From NCBI GenBank assembly GCA_030833445.1, contig JAURHD010000017.1:996-64995 (forward strand): a stretch of 64,000 nt of DNA, in the 5' to 3' direction. Shown here piece after piece: positions 37,005-46,213 of the stretch. The position numbers were made by a program, and so were the translations under genes. This DNA comes from Cephaloticoccus sp. (lineage in GTDB: Bacteria > Verrucomicrobiota > Verrucomicrobiia > Opitutales > Opitutaceae). The notes under the pieces are model-generated. The model was not told where the DNA came from and did not search any database. It saw only the letters and a list, made by a program, of their open reading frames with translations. Position 1 is the stretch's first letter. Each line of letters opens with the position of its first letter.

Positions 37005-38123
37005 TTAGCTTTTTTGCCAAGCCGCGATGAACATGCCGTTGGCGGTGAGATCCTGGGGCCACAAATAGGCGGTGCTGGCTCCGTTGGCATTGGGCAAGGC
37101 GAGCGGCGCGGGGGCCAATTCGGGATGAGCTGCGGAGAATGCTGCCACCACTCCAGTGGTCTCGGTGCGGGTTAGCGTGCACACCGCATAGATCAGTCGG
37201 CCACCGGTTTTTAGTGATCCGGCGACATGGTTGAGCAAGGTTAACTGAGTGGTGGCGAGCTCGCGCACGTCATCAATCGTAGTGGTCCAACGCGCGTGGG
37301 GATTGCGCTGCCACGTGCCCACACCGCTGCACGGTGCATCGATGAGAATGCCGTCGAATTTCGCCTTGGTCGGCAAGTGATTCGAACCGTCCCAGAAGGC
37401 GCTGCGGTGGTTGTAGAGTTTTGCGCGGGTGGAACGCTTCTTGAAAACCTGCAGGCGTTTTTCGGAACGATCGGTCACCCAAATGAGACCTTTGTTCTGC
37501 ATGAGATCGGCGAGGTGCAACGTCTTGCCGCCTTCACCAGCGCAGGTGTCCCACCAAGTTTGTTTGGCGGCGGGGGCGGCCGCTATGCCGACCATTTGCG
37601 AGGCAAGGTCTTGAATTTCAAATTCGCCTTCATGGAACTGGGGGGTGCGGAAGAGATCCTTTTCACCGAGATAGCGAACGGCATCAGGCGAGGCGGGGGT
37701 GAATTCACACTTGCCCAGGGATTCGGCGAGTTGGTGGGCCTTGCCGGGCCGGGCGCGCAACCAGAGGGCTGGTTCGCGCTGGATCTGACGAAGATAATCC
37801 GGGGTGAGATCCATCTCGGCTTTCAACCAATCCGGCACCGCTCGCGCTTCGAGGGCCTCCGCCTTGACCGAGCGTGGATCTTTTTGAAACCGCTCATCCA
37901 GCATCATGGCGTGTTCAGCCTGGGTTTGCCGCGAAGCCTGGGGATCGAGCCAACGCTTCCAGCGGAAGCAAATGAACACGCCGCGACTGATCGCCCGGCG
38001 CATTTGAGGGGCCAGATAAGTGTGCTCGTAGAAATACCGCCGCAACGCAGCATCGGCCGGCATCTGGGGCGTGACGGCGGCGATGATGCGGGCAACATGA
38101 TTGAGAATGGCTTGATCGGGCAT
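37005..38123 (-). CDS. NOL1/NOP2/Sun (RsmB/RsmF-like) rRNA cytosine-C5 methyltransferase
   Basis: CAGEGGKT, ILIDAPCSGVGT (PC motif) and LIYAVCTLTRTE (TC motif). Start at ATG 38123. Confidence 0.75.
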   Translation of the reverse strand: MPDQAILNHVARIIAAVTPQMPADAALRRYFYEHTYLAPQMRRAISRGVFICFRWKRWLDPQASRQTQAEHAMMLDERFQKDPRSVKAEALEARAVPDWLKAEMDLTPDYLRQIQREPALWLRARPGKAHQLAESLGKCEFTPASPDAVRYLGEKDLFRTPQFHEGEFEIQDLASQMVGIAAAPAAKQTWWDTCAGEGGKTLHLADLMQNKGLIWVTDRSEKRLQVFKKRSTRAKLYNHRSAFWDGSNHLPTKAKFDGILIDAPCSGVGTWQRNPHARWTTTIDDVRELATTQLTLLNHVAGSLKTGGRLIYAVCTLTRTETTGVVAAFSAAHPELAPAPLALPNANGASTAYLWPQDLTANGMFIAAWQKS

Positions 38124-38134
38124 GATGATTGGCA

Positions 38135-38161
38135 CCACGGAATACACGGAACCCACGGAAG
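38135..38161. repeat. 9-nt tandem triplet ccacggaat-acacggaac-ccacggaag (TTCCGTG in the sense of the rsmB-like gene)
   Basis: Read directly from the sequence. It ends 11 nt upstream of the rsmB-like ATG at 38123. Confidence 0.7.
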
Positions 38162-38272
38162 GAAAGGTCAGATTAGTCGGATGAGTGCCGAGCGTCGATC
38201 GGGAATGATTTGCCACGGAGCCGTGGAGACACCGGGGGACTAAACTTCAGCGTTGGTGCAGTCTCGTTGCCT

Positions 38273-38288
38273 TGGCACCTTTGTGGCA
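38273..38288 (+). promoter_or_regulatory. Sigma-54-like -24/-12 motif TGGCACctttgTGGCA (GG-N10-GC spacing)
   Basis: Matches TGGCAC-N5-TTGCW apart from one base. It is intergenic but points antisense into the 38309..39073 gene, so its function is doubtful. Confidence 0.2.
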
Positions 38289-38308
38289 AAAGAAGCGATG
38301 GATCGCTC

Positions 38309-39073
38309 TCAATTGCGGAGCTGGCCGAGGTAGAGTCGGGTGATGTATTCGAAAGTCACGCGGTCGTTTCGGGCATGTTGCCCAAAAATCTCGCTCAGAC
38401 CTTGCATAAACACCTCGTGACCCGGCTGACCGGCATTGGGCACATAGGAGGAGGAGAGGGCGCGGCCGATCAACCCGGCCAAATCAAAGTGTTGGGCGTT
38501 CGGAAATTCGAACAACTCAAAGTCAACCGGGGCAAAGAATTCTGCGATCAACTTGGTGTCGATGCGGGTGTGGTTTACCTGATCGTAGTCGGTGGACTTG
38601 GTCTTGAGCAGATTTTCGTAAGCTTGGAGAAACGGGGTGGTATCGGTCAGGCGTTCGTTCCAGATCAATGCCACCCAGCCGCCGGGCTTGAGAATCCGGG
38701 CAAACTCGCGACGCGTCTTGGTCGGTTCGAACCAATGAAAGGCCTGTCCGACCGTGATCATATCGACTGATGCATCGGCGAGGGTGGTGGATTCTGCCGC
38801 GGCATTGACGCTGCGGAAATTGGGCTTAGCGGCCAACAGGGTCTCTGCGGCGCGGCGCATGGATTCGTTGGGTTCGACCGCTAAGACCTGCCCGGCATAG
38901 GGCAGTAGCACGGCGGTAGATATCCCGGTGCCAGAGCCGACGTCGGCTACGATCGATTGCGGGTTTAATCCGGTCTTGGTCTGCAGGATTGCAATCAGCT
39001 CGGCCGGGTAACCGGGCCGGTAGCGGATGTAGTTTTCCACCCGATCGGAGAAGCGTTGCGTCGAATCGGGCAT
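38309..39073 (-). CDS. Class I SAM-dependent methyltransferase (Methyltransf_11-like)
   Basis: VADVGSGTGIST, MITVGQAFHWF and LKPGGWVALIWN. Confidence 0.75.
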   Translation of the reverse strand: MPDSTQRFSDRVENYIRYRPGYPAELIAILQTKTGLNPQSIVADVGSGTGISTAVLLPYAGQVLAVEPNESMRRAAETLLAAKPNFRSVNAAAESTTLADASVDMITVGQAFHWFEPTKTRREFARILKPGGWVALIWNERLTDTTPFLQAYENLLKTKSTDYDQVNHTRIDTKLIAEFFAPVDFELFEFPNAQHFDLAGLIGRALSSSYVPNAGQPGHEVFMQGLSEIFGQHARNDRVTFEYITRLYLGQLRN

Positions 39074-39089
39074 GTTGTGTGAATGGTGC

Positions 39090-42000
39090 TCAGCCCGCTT
39101 TGCGACCCCAACGCCGTTCCTGTTTCAGCTCGAGCGGCTTGGTCTCGATCTGCACCCCGGCGACCGCGGGGTGGTTGCGGATTTCCTGAAAGTCGGCCGC
39201 GGTGAGTTTCCAAGTCAGCGCGGTGCTGGCCTCGGCGATAGGGGCGATGCGATCCTCGAACATGAAGCCAAAGCAAACGCGGGTGTCACCGGTGCGAGCA
39301 TCGATGGTTTCGCGCAGATATTTGAAGAAGGCAGGCAACTCGGGATATTCGGGCCGCAGCAACCATGTTACGCTTTTGACGATACCCGTGATGAAATTAT
39401 CCAGCGGGTAGCATTCCTTCACGTTGATGCGAGCGCCGTCATTGCCGACGATGATGTTGCCCTGCACCAGCACGGGTTGTTCCGCGATGAGGTTTTCACC
39501 GTAGTTGGCATACCCATCCGCAAACATGTTGAGCGCGACCGAGGCTTGTTTGGTAGCCAAAGAGAACGCGGCCCATGGACGATTATCTTTGCGGGATAAT
39601 TTCTTGGCGATGTTGCCGGCAATGCCGCAGAGCCGGAAATCCACGCGCTCGGTGAGTTGGGTGAGCTGATCCACCGTGTAGGTGTCAATCGACTCGGCTA
39701 AACCGAGATACTGATTCATCGGGTGCCCGGAAATATAGAATCCCAACAGCTCCTTTTCGAACTGCAGTTTTTCCGGCGGACTGAACTCGTCATTCACCTT
39801 CGGTTTGGCGGGGTCGGCTCGGCCATTCGAGGGAGCCGGGGCAGGTTCTGCCAACATATCGAGGAAACTTTCCTGACCGGCGGCCTTGTCGCGCGCGGCA
39901 GCGGCGGCGGTCGAGAGCGCGCCGTCGATGTCGTCGAACAGCACCTTGCGGGAGACGCCGCTGAAGTCGAAGGCCCCGGTTTTGACGAGGTGTTCCAGCA
40001 CGCGTTTATTCAAGGCCCGGGCATCCACCCGGCTGCTGAAATCGGCAAAATCCTGGTAAGGACCGTTCGCTTCGCGTTCCTCGATGATTTTCTGCGCCGC
40101 CTGTTCGCCCACGCCTTTGATGCCGGCGAGTCCAAAGCGGATCTTGTCTCCCACTGGGGTGAACATTTCGCGTGATTCGTTTACGTCGGGACCGAGCACG
40201 GTCAGGCCCATGGATTCACATTCGCCGACGAAGTGCGCGACTTTGTCGGAGTTGCCGAGTTCGGCGCTCAGCATCGCAGCCATGAACTGCACCGGGTAAT
40301 TGGCCTTGAGGTAGCCCGTCTGATAACTGAGCACCGCATAGGCCGCGGAGTGCGATTTGTTGAAACCGTAACCGGCGAATTTGTTGAGGATATCGAAGAT
40401 CGAATTAGCCGTCTTCTCCTCAATGTTGTTCACCTGCTTGGCCCCGTCGACGAACTTGGCCCGTTCCCGCGCCATTGCCTCGACATCCTTTTTGCCCATG
40501 GCGCGACGGAGCATGTCGGCACCACCGAGCGTATAGCCCGCGATGACCTTGGCGGCCTCCATCACTTGCTCCTGATAAACCATCACGCCGTAGGTCTCAC
40601 GACAGACTTCCTCGAGGAGTTTGTGCGGGAACTTGACCGTGCTCGGGTCTTTTTTGCCATTCACGTAATCGGGAATCCAGTCCATCGGACCCGGCCGGTA
40701 GAGCGCGATCAAGGCGACGATTTCATCGATGGAGGAGAGTCCAATCTGGCGGCAAAGGTTTTGCATGCCGCCGGATTCCAACTGGAATACGCCGGTGGTG
40801 CGTCCGGAATTGAGCAATTCGTAAGTCTTGGCGTCCTCGAAGCCGATCTCCTCGATATCGAAATTCTTGTCGGCGGTGCGGCGAATATTGTCCACCGCAT
40901 CGGCGATGACCGTGAGGGTCTTGAGCCCGAGAAAATCCATCTTCAGCAGGCCGAGTTTGTCCACGGCTTTCATCGAAAACTGCACCGTCACGTCACCTTC
41001 CTGCAATGTGAGGGGAACGTAATTTTCCAGCGGTTGGTCCGTGATGATGATGCCGGCGGCGTGCTTGCCGGTGTTGCGCACCATGCCCTCCAGCACGAGG
41101 CCCTGATCATAGATTTTTTTGGCCACCGGGTTGCGGTCGATCTCGGCCTTGAGCTCCGCCGATTTGTTGTAGGAGTCCTCCAGCGAGATGTTGAGCTCGT
41201 CAGGGATCATCTTTGCCAGCCGGTCCGCCTCGGCGTAGGGCAGATCATGCACCCGTGAGATGTCGCGGATGACCATCTTGGCACCGAGCGTGCCGTAGGT
41301 GATGATGTTGGCGACGCAGTCGTTGCCGTATTTCTCGCGCACGTAGTCGATCACCTCGCTCCGCCGGCGCATGCAAAAATCGATGTCGAAGTCGGGCGGT
41401 GATACGCGCTCGGGATTGAGAAACCGTTCGAAAAGCAGCTTGAAGCGGAGCGGATCGAGATTGGTGATGCGGAGCAGATAGGCGACCAGACAGCCGGCGC
41501 CGGAACCACGACCGGGACCGACGGGGATGCCCTGTTTCCGCGCCCAGTTGATGAAGTCCCAAACCACGAGGAAGTAATCCTCAAAGCCGGTCTTGCCGAT
41601 GATCGAGAGCTCGTAGTCCAACCGGGTGGTCAGCGTTTTGGCCAACTCCTGGTCGGATGCTGTTTCCGGTTTGGTATAATCCACCCCGTAGCGCTCCTGC
41701 AGTCCGGCGATGCAGAGTTGTTTAAGGTAGCCCGTGCGATCGGTCTTGATGTCCGGTGTCAGGGGATATTTCGGATAGCGCTCACTTCCTTTGGGGAAGG
41801 GGATCGCCAAGTCGCACATCTCGGCCACGAGGTGGGTATTGGTCAGCGAACCGGGCACCTCGCCGAATAGCGTTTCCATTTCATCGCGCGTCTTGAGATA
41901 AAACTGCGTGCCAGTGAAGCGCATGCGATCGGTGTCCGTGATCTTTGATCCGGTTTGAATACAGAGCAGAGAATCGTGCGGGCCAGAATCGGAAGACTTT

Positions 42001-42698
42001 ACGTAGTGCACATCGTTTGTGCAGATGACCTTGAGCTTAAATTCTTCCGCGAGTTTGAGCAGACCGGGGATGATTTTGCGCTGTTCGGGAATGCCGTGGT
42101 CCTGAATCTCCACGAAATAATTTTCCCTGCCGAAGATATCGACGAAACGGGCGCAGGCTTTGCGGGCATCGTCCCAACGGTCGTGCAGAAGATGTTGGGG
42201 GACTAGCGAGGCGAGGCAGCCGGTGAAACCGATCAGCCCGTCGGCGAATTTGGCCAAAGTCTCCAAATCCGTGCGGGGTTTGTAGTAAAATCCCTTCAAA
42301 TGCGCATCGGAGACCAGTTTCAGCAGATTCTGGTAGCCGGTGAGATTTTTTGACAGGAGTCCGAGGTGAAACAGGGTTTTGCCATCGTCGGAACGCCCGT
42401 GCTTTTCGAGTCGGGAGGTTTCCACCAAATAGAGCTCGCAGCCAATCAGTGGTTTGATGCCTTTGTCTTTGGCTGCATTGTAGAAAGCAATGGCGCCAAA
42501 CAAGTTACCATGGTCGGTCAGGGCGAGCGCGGGCATGCCCAACTCGACTGCCCGGTCCATCAATCGGTCGATCCGACAAGCGCCGTCCAGCAGGCTGTAG
42601 TCCGTGTGGACATGAAGATGGACGAAGCTTTTGTCATTGGACGGCACAGGATATCTAACCAAGCCGAGCCAGTTCACCGCGCAAGGGCAAAGGCTCAA
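39090..42698 (-). CDS. dnaE: DNA polymerase III alpha subunit
   Basis: FVHLHVHTDYSLLDG (PHP domain), GPGRGSGAGCLVAYLLRITNLDP and FDIDFC, with length about 1200 aa. The start is uncertain (TTG 42698 or GTG 42647). Confidence 0.95.
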   Translation of the reverse strand: MSLCPCAVNWLGLVRYPVPSNDKSFVHLHVHTDYSLLDGACRIDRLMDRAVELGMPALALTDHGNLFGAIAFYNAAKDKGIKPLIGCELYLVETSRLEKHGRSDDGKTLFHLGLLSKNLTGYQNLLKLVSDAHLKGFYYKPRTDLETLAKFADGLIGFTGCLASLVPQHLLHDRWDDARKACARFVDIFGRENYFVEIQDHGIPEQRKIIPGLLKLAEEFKLKVICTNDVHYVKSSDSGPHDSLLCIQTGSKITDTDRMRFTGTQFYLKTRDEMETLFGEVPGSLTNTHLVAEMCDLAIPFPKGSERYPKYPLTPDIKTDRTGYLKQLCIAGLQERYGVDYTKPETASDQELAKTLTTRLDYELSIIGKTGFEDYFLVVWDFINWARKQGIPVGPGRGSGAGCLVAYLLRITNLDPLRFKLLFERFLNPERVSPPDFDIDFCMRRRSEVIDYVREKYGNDCVANIITYGTLGAKMVIRDISRVHDLPYAEADRLAKMIPDELNISLEDSYNKSAELKAEIDRNPVAKKIYDQGLVLEGMVRNTGKHAAGIIITDQPLENYVPLTLQEGDVTVQFSMKAVDKLGLLKMDFLGLKTLTVIADAVDNIRRTADKNFDIEEIGFEDAKTYELLNSGRTTGVFQLESGGMQNLCRQIGLSSIDEIVALIALYRPGPMDWIPDYVNGKKDPSTVKFPHKLLEEVCRETYGVMVYQEQVMEAAKVIAGYTLGGADMLRRAMGKKDVEAMARERAKFVDGAKQVNNIEEKTANSIFDILNKFAGYGFNKSHSAAYAVLSYQTGYLKANYPVQFMAAMLSAELGNSDKVAHFVGECESMGLTVLGPDVNESREMFTPVGDKIRFGLAGIKGVGEQAAQKIIEEREANGPYQDFADFSSRVDARALNKRVLEHLVKTGAFDFSGVSRKVLFDDIDGALSTAAAAARDKAAGQESFLDMLAEPAPAPSNGRADPAKPKVNDEFSPPEKLQFEKELLGFYISGHPMNQYLGLAESIDTYTVDQLTQLTERVDFRLCGIAGNIAKKLSRKDNRPWAAFSLATKQASVALNMFADGYANYGENLIAEQPVLVQGNIIVGNDGARINVKECYPLDNFITGIVKSVTWLLRPEYPELPAFFKYLRETIDARTGDTRVCFGFMFEDRIAPIAEASTALTWKLTAADFQEIRNHPAVAGVQIETKPLELKQERRWGRKAG

Positions 42699-42806
42699 TC
42701 CGAGGGCCGGAATCGCCTATTTTTATCCGTGGAAAAAAGCCATTGACGGAGCTCCGCCCGGATGGCTTGCTGTTGGGCTTTTCCCTTTCACATCCGTCAA
42801 GTTAAC

Positions 42807-43004
42807 ATGTCCATCGAAATCAAAATCCGCAAAAACGAGCCCATTGACCGTGCGATCCGTCGCATGAAAAAGAAGCTCGAGCGCGAGAACATCATCAAAG
42901 GTGTTCGGGCCAAGCGCTACTTTGAAAAGCCCTGCGAAGTGCGTCGCCGTAAGGAGAAGGTCCAGGCCTTCACCCAGATGCTCCGCAACCGCTACGCTGA
43001 GTAA
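42807..43004 (+). CDS. rpsU: 30S ribosomal protein S21
   Basis: MSIEIKIRKNEPIDRAIRRMKKKLERENIIKGVRAKRYFEKPCEVRRRKEK. Start at ATG 42807. Confidence 0.9.
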   Translation: MSIEIKIRKNEPIDRAIRRMKKKLERENIIKGVRAKRYFEKPCEVRRRKEKVQAFTQMLRNRYAE

Positions 43005-43033
43005 ACCGTTGCCGGTATCCGGCTTCCACTTTC

Positions 43034-43062
43034 AACCGCATCCAGTCCGGATGCGGTTTTTT
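43034..43062 (+). terminator. Rho-independent terminator of rpsU
   Basis: aaccgcatcc-agtcc-ggatgcggtt followed by T6 (43057-62). Confidence 0.8.
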
Positions 43063-43105
43063 CGTGCAACTGGATGGCAAATCGTTTCGTGATAGAGGCG
43101 TTATT

Positions 43106-44044
43106 GTGAAACCGCTCTTCTCGTTATCAACCTGCTGGTGCTCCCATCGGCATTCCGATGGCTACGACATGCTCTGTGAAATGGCGGAGCTTGGATTTAC
43201 CCACGTCGAGTTGAGCCACGGTATCCGGATTACCCTGGTGCCGGGCATCATGCGGGCCGTGGAGGAAGGCGTGATTAAAATCGGCACCACGCATAATTTC
43301 TGTCCCTTGCCCGCCGGAGTCAATCAAGCGGCCCCCAATCTGTTTGAGCCCTCCGCGACGGATCACCGGGAGCATGACCAATGGTTGCGCTACACCAAGC
43401 GCTCGATCGACTTTGCCTCCCAGCTGCAAGCCAAGCTCATGGTGGTTCACTTGGGCAGCGTTGAATTCTTTTGGTTCAACCCGGCGGACAAAATCGCCAA
43501 GTATCAGAAGTCACATCCGAATGACGATCTGGCCGAGGACAAATCCTACCAGACCATCTTGACCAAGGGTCTCGCAAAAATGCGCAAACGAATGGGACCG
43601 TTCTGGACCCAGACACAGAAAAGCGTGGGCGAAATTCTGGCCTATGCCGCGGATAAGAACGTCAAATTGGGTTTTGAGAACCGGGAAAAGTTCACCGAAT
43701 TGCCGTTGGATGATGATTACGAGGGCTTCATTGCCGGATTGCCCGCAGGCGGTCCGGCCGGTTACTGGCACGACACGGGCCACGCCGAAATCAAGGCGGA
43801 GATGGGGGTGCTGAATCACCGCAAGCATCTGGAGAAAATGGCGCCGCATCTGCTCGGCTTTCACCTGCATGACGTGAATTCCGACGGTCGTGATCACCAA
43901 CCGATTGGGGATGGGCAAATCGATTTCAAGATGGTGAGCGAGTTCTGGAAACCGGAGCATTTGCTCGCGCTGGAACTAGGCCCCCGGGTCGAGGTGGACG
44001 ACGTCAAACGCTCGAAGGAGCGGATCGAAGCGCTGATCGGCTAA
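43106..44044 (+). CDS. Sugar phosphate isomerase/epimerase (xylose isomerase-like TIM barrel)
   Basis: GFTHVELSHG, MVVHLG, LGFEN and LGFHLHD. GTG 43106 is preferred (AGAGG lies 8 nt upstream). The track start at 43064 sits inside the rpsU terminator. Confidence 0.7.
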   Translation: MKPLFSLSTCWCSHRHSDGYDMLCEMAELGFTHVELSHGIRITLVPGIMRAVEEGVIKIGTTHNFCPLPAGVNQAAPNLFEPSATDHREHDQWLRYTKRSIDFASQLQAKLMVVHLGSVEFFWFNPADKIAKYQKSHPNDDLAEDKSYQTILTKGLAKMRKRMGPFWTQTQKSVGEILAYAADKNVKLGFENREKFTELPLDDDYEGFIAGLPAGGPAGYWHDTGHAEIKAEMGVLNHRKHLEKMAPHLLGFHLHDVNSDGRDHQPIGDGQIDFKMVSEFWKPEHLLALELGPRVEVDDVKRSKERIEALIG

Positions 44045-45069
44045 TCTAGCAAGTCATGCACCCAACGGCGGTGCGGACCGGAAAGACTGATGGTTTCGAG
44101 TTCGGTCAATGGCACCCAGAGTAAATCCGGATTTGGCAACCTATGCGGCGCATTCGCGGAGTAGATTAACTCGGTGATCTGGTAGCGGGTAATGCCGCGT
44201 CGTTTCTTTGCCAGCAATTTTCCCTTTTGCATGGTTTCTGGATCGAGACCCAACTGCGCTGCGGTCGGCAACTCGTGCTGATTGGCCAATCGGCGTGCGG
44301 TGGCCGGGGTGCGATGCAATAGGAGGCGTCCCCGGTGCAGGCACCAAGCGCGAATGACGGTGACCTGCTCCATTTTTTTTGGAGCCAGTCGAGGATAGGA
44401 AGCCGGGTTGCCATTCCGGTATCCAGCGCAGTGCTCACGCACCGGGCAGATGGTGCATAATGGATTGTGCTTCAGGCAGACGGTCGCCCCGAGCTCCATC
44501 ATGGCTTGGTTGTGGTCGCCCGGATGATCGTGATTCAGCAGTTGATCGGCCAAGGGAGCATAGACCTTGGCGGCGGCACTGCTATCCCGGTAAGGGGTCT
44601 CGTCCGCGGTCAAGCGGGCGAGGATGCGCACGACATTGCCATCGACTACTGCCGCAGGGGTTCCGAAGGAGATACTCGTTATAGCGGCAGCAGTGTAGGG
44701 GCCGATCCCGGGCAACTCGCGCCACGCCTCTGGCGTTATGGGCATTTGCGGCATCGCGGCCACAGCTTGCGCGAGTTTGTGCAAGTTACGGGCCCGGGAG
44801 TAATAGCCGAGGCCTTCCCAGAGTTTGAGCACTTTTGCCTCTGATGCTGCGGCCAAGGCCTTAAAATCGGGCAATTGTTCATGCCAGCGCGCAAAGTAGG
44901 GCAGCATGGTTTTGACTTGGGTCTGCTGCAGCATGAACTCACTGACCACCGTCCGGTAAAGCGAGGGACTTTCGCGCCACGGAAGTTTCCGGGCATGAAG
45001 CCTATACCATTTGAGCAGAGCGACTTGAAAATCTACCTGCCGGGAAGTTAATCGGGCGGAGTTGGCCAC
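44041..45069 (-). CDS. mutY: A/G-specific adenine DNA glycosylase
   Basis: HhH-GPD region (LPGIGPYTAAAI), a 4Fe-4S cluster loop CLKHNPLCTICPVREHC, and a C-terminal NUDIX-like domain. Confidence 0.85.
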   Translation of the reverse strand: MANSARLTSRQVDFQVALLKWYRLHARKLPWRESPSLYRTVVSEFMLQQTQVKTMLPYFARWHEQLPDFKALAAASEAKVLKLWEGLGYYSRARNLHKLAQAVAAMPQMPITPEAWRELPGIGPYTAAAITSISFGTPAAVVDGNVVRILARLTADETPYRDSSAAAKVYAPLADQLLNHDHPGDHNQAMMELGATVCLKHNPLCTICPVREHCAGYRNGNPASYPRLAPKKMEQVTVIRAWCLHRGRLLLHRTPATARRLANQHELPTAAQLGLDPETMQKGKLLAKKRRGITRYQITELIYSANAPHRLPNPDLLWVPLTELETISLSGPHRRWVHDLLD

Positions 45070-45114
45070 GGGCAGCGCTAAAAGACATAAATGGCCCGTG
45101 GAGGAAAGAGGACA

Positions 45115-45148
45115 TTTTCTCTTTGTGCTTTTTTGGGTTTTTTGTGGC
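45115..45148. repeat. Pyrimidine-run-GYG tandem triplet (ttctctttgtg-cttttttggg-ttttttgtgg)
   Basis: Read directly from the sequence. It ends 11 nt upstream of the rnhC ATG at 45160. Confidence 0.6.
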
Positions 45149-45159
45149 TAATCCTAGGC

Positions 45160-46170
45160 ATGCCCAAACGGACCGACGCCACTGACGACGAGGCCCCCAA
45201 GAAAATCAGCTCCTACACGATCAAACTCGATGATGTACAGCTGGCTAAACTCCGGGCGCATTGTGAGGCGCGCGGCTGGACCCCGGTCCCGGTGGGATAC
45301 ACGCATTTTGCCTTCAAGGCAGAAACCCAGAAGCTCAATATTTCCGCCTATACGAGTGGCAAAGTGGTCATTGCGGGCAAGGGCACGGAGGAATTCGTGC
45401 AGAACACGCTGGAGCCGGAGATCACCGGTGCACCCAAGCTGGGATATGATGAGGTGTTGCATCCCGACTGGTTTGAGTCACATGCCGGACTCGATGAAAG
45501 CGGCAAGGGTGACTTCTTTGGTCCGGTGGTGGCGGCAACCGTGATAGCGGACAAAGCGGCGATTGATGCCTGGCGGGAAGCGGGAGCTCAGGATTCCAAG
45601 AAAATGGCGGAGAGCAAAATTATCGAGCTCGACCGAATCATCCGTAGCACCAAGGGCGCGGTGGTCAAAACCTGCCTGTGCGGGATGCCCAAATATAACG
45701 AACTGATGGCGCGACCGCGAGCCAACCTCAACGGCCTGCTGGCCTGGCAACACGCGACCGCGTTGACCCAGGCTCTCGCGGAAAAATCCGTGCCATGGGG
45801 TTTGTTGGACCAGTTCAGCGAGCAGCCACTGGTGCAACGCGAGTTGAAGAAAAAAGGCGTGAAGGATTTCGAGTTGCGCATGCGCACCAAGGCGGAAGAA
45901 GACCCGGTGGTGGCCGCTGCGTCGGTGGTGGCCCGCGCGGAATATGTCCGTCAGATGCACACGCTCTCGAAGGCGTTTGGGGACAAACTCCAAAAAGGCG
46001 CCGGTCCGCTCGTGAAGGATCAGGCCAATACCATCATCAACAAATTCGGCGCGCTGGCCCTCGGGAATTTCGCCAAGCTGCATTTCCGCACCGCCTACGA
46101 AGTTGTGCTGGCTGCGGGTAAACTCGATGAATTGCCCCTCAAGCCGCCGCCACCCAAGATGACATGGTAA
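45160..46170 (+). CDS. rnhC: Ribonuclease HIII
   Basis: The N-terminal substrate-binding domain (YTIKLDDVQLAKLRAHCEARGW...AYTSGKVVIAGKG) is followed by an RNase H2-type catalytic domain (GLDESGKGDFFGPVVAA). Confidence 0.8.
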   Translation: MPKRTDATDDEAPKKISSYTIKLDDVQLAKLRAHCEARGWTPVPVGYTHFAFKAETQKLNISAYTSGKVVIAGKGTEEFVQNTLEPEITGAPKLGYDEVLHPDWFESHAGLDESGKGDFFGPVVAATVIADKAAIDAWREAGAQDSKKMAESKIIELDRIIRSTKGAVVKTCLCGMPKYNELMARPRANLNGLLAWQHATALTQALAEKSVPWGLLDQFSEQPLVQRELKKKGVKDFELRMRTKAEEDPVVAAASVVARAEYVRQMHTLSKAFGDKLQKGAGPLVKDQANTIINKFGALALGNFAKLHFRTAYEVVLAAGKLDELPLKPPPPKMTW

Positions 46171-46213
46171 TGTATTTCCGGGTGCGCCTATCGTTGTCCC
46201 TTATCCCTTGCTG

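Noticed and set aside
43064-43105. The GTG 43064 start for the sugar phosphate isomerase gene.
   Set aside because: It begins immediately after the U-tract of the rpsU terminator (43034-43062), with no spacer or SD-like site. GTG 43106, with AGAGG 8 nt upstream, is more plausible.
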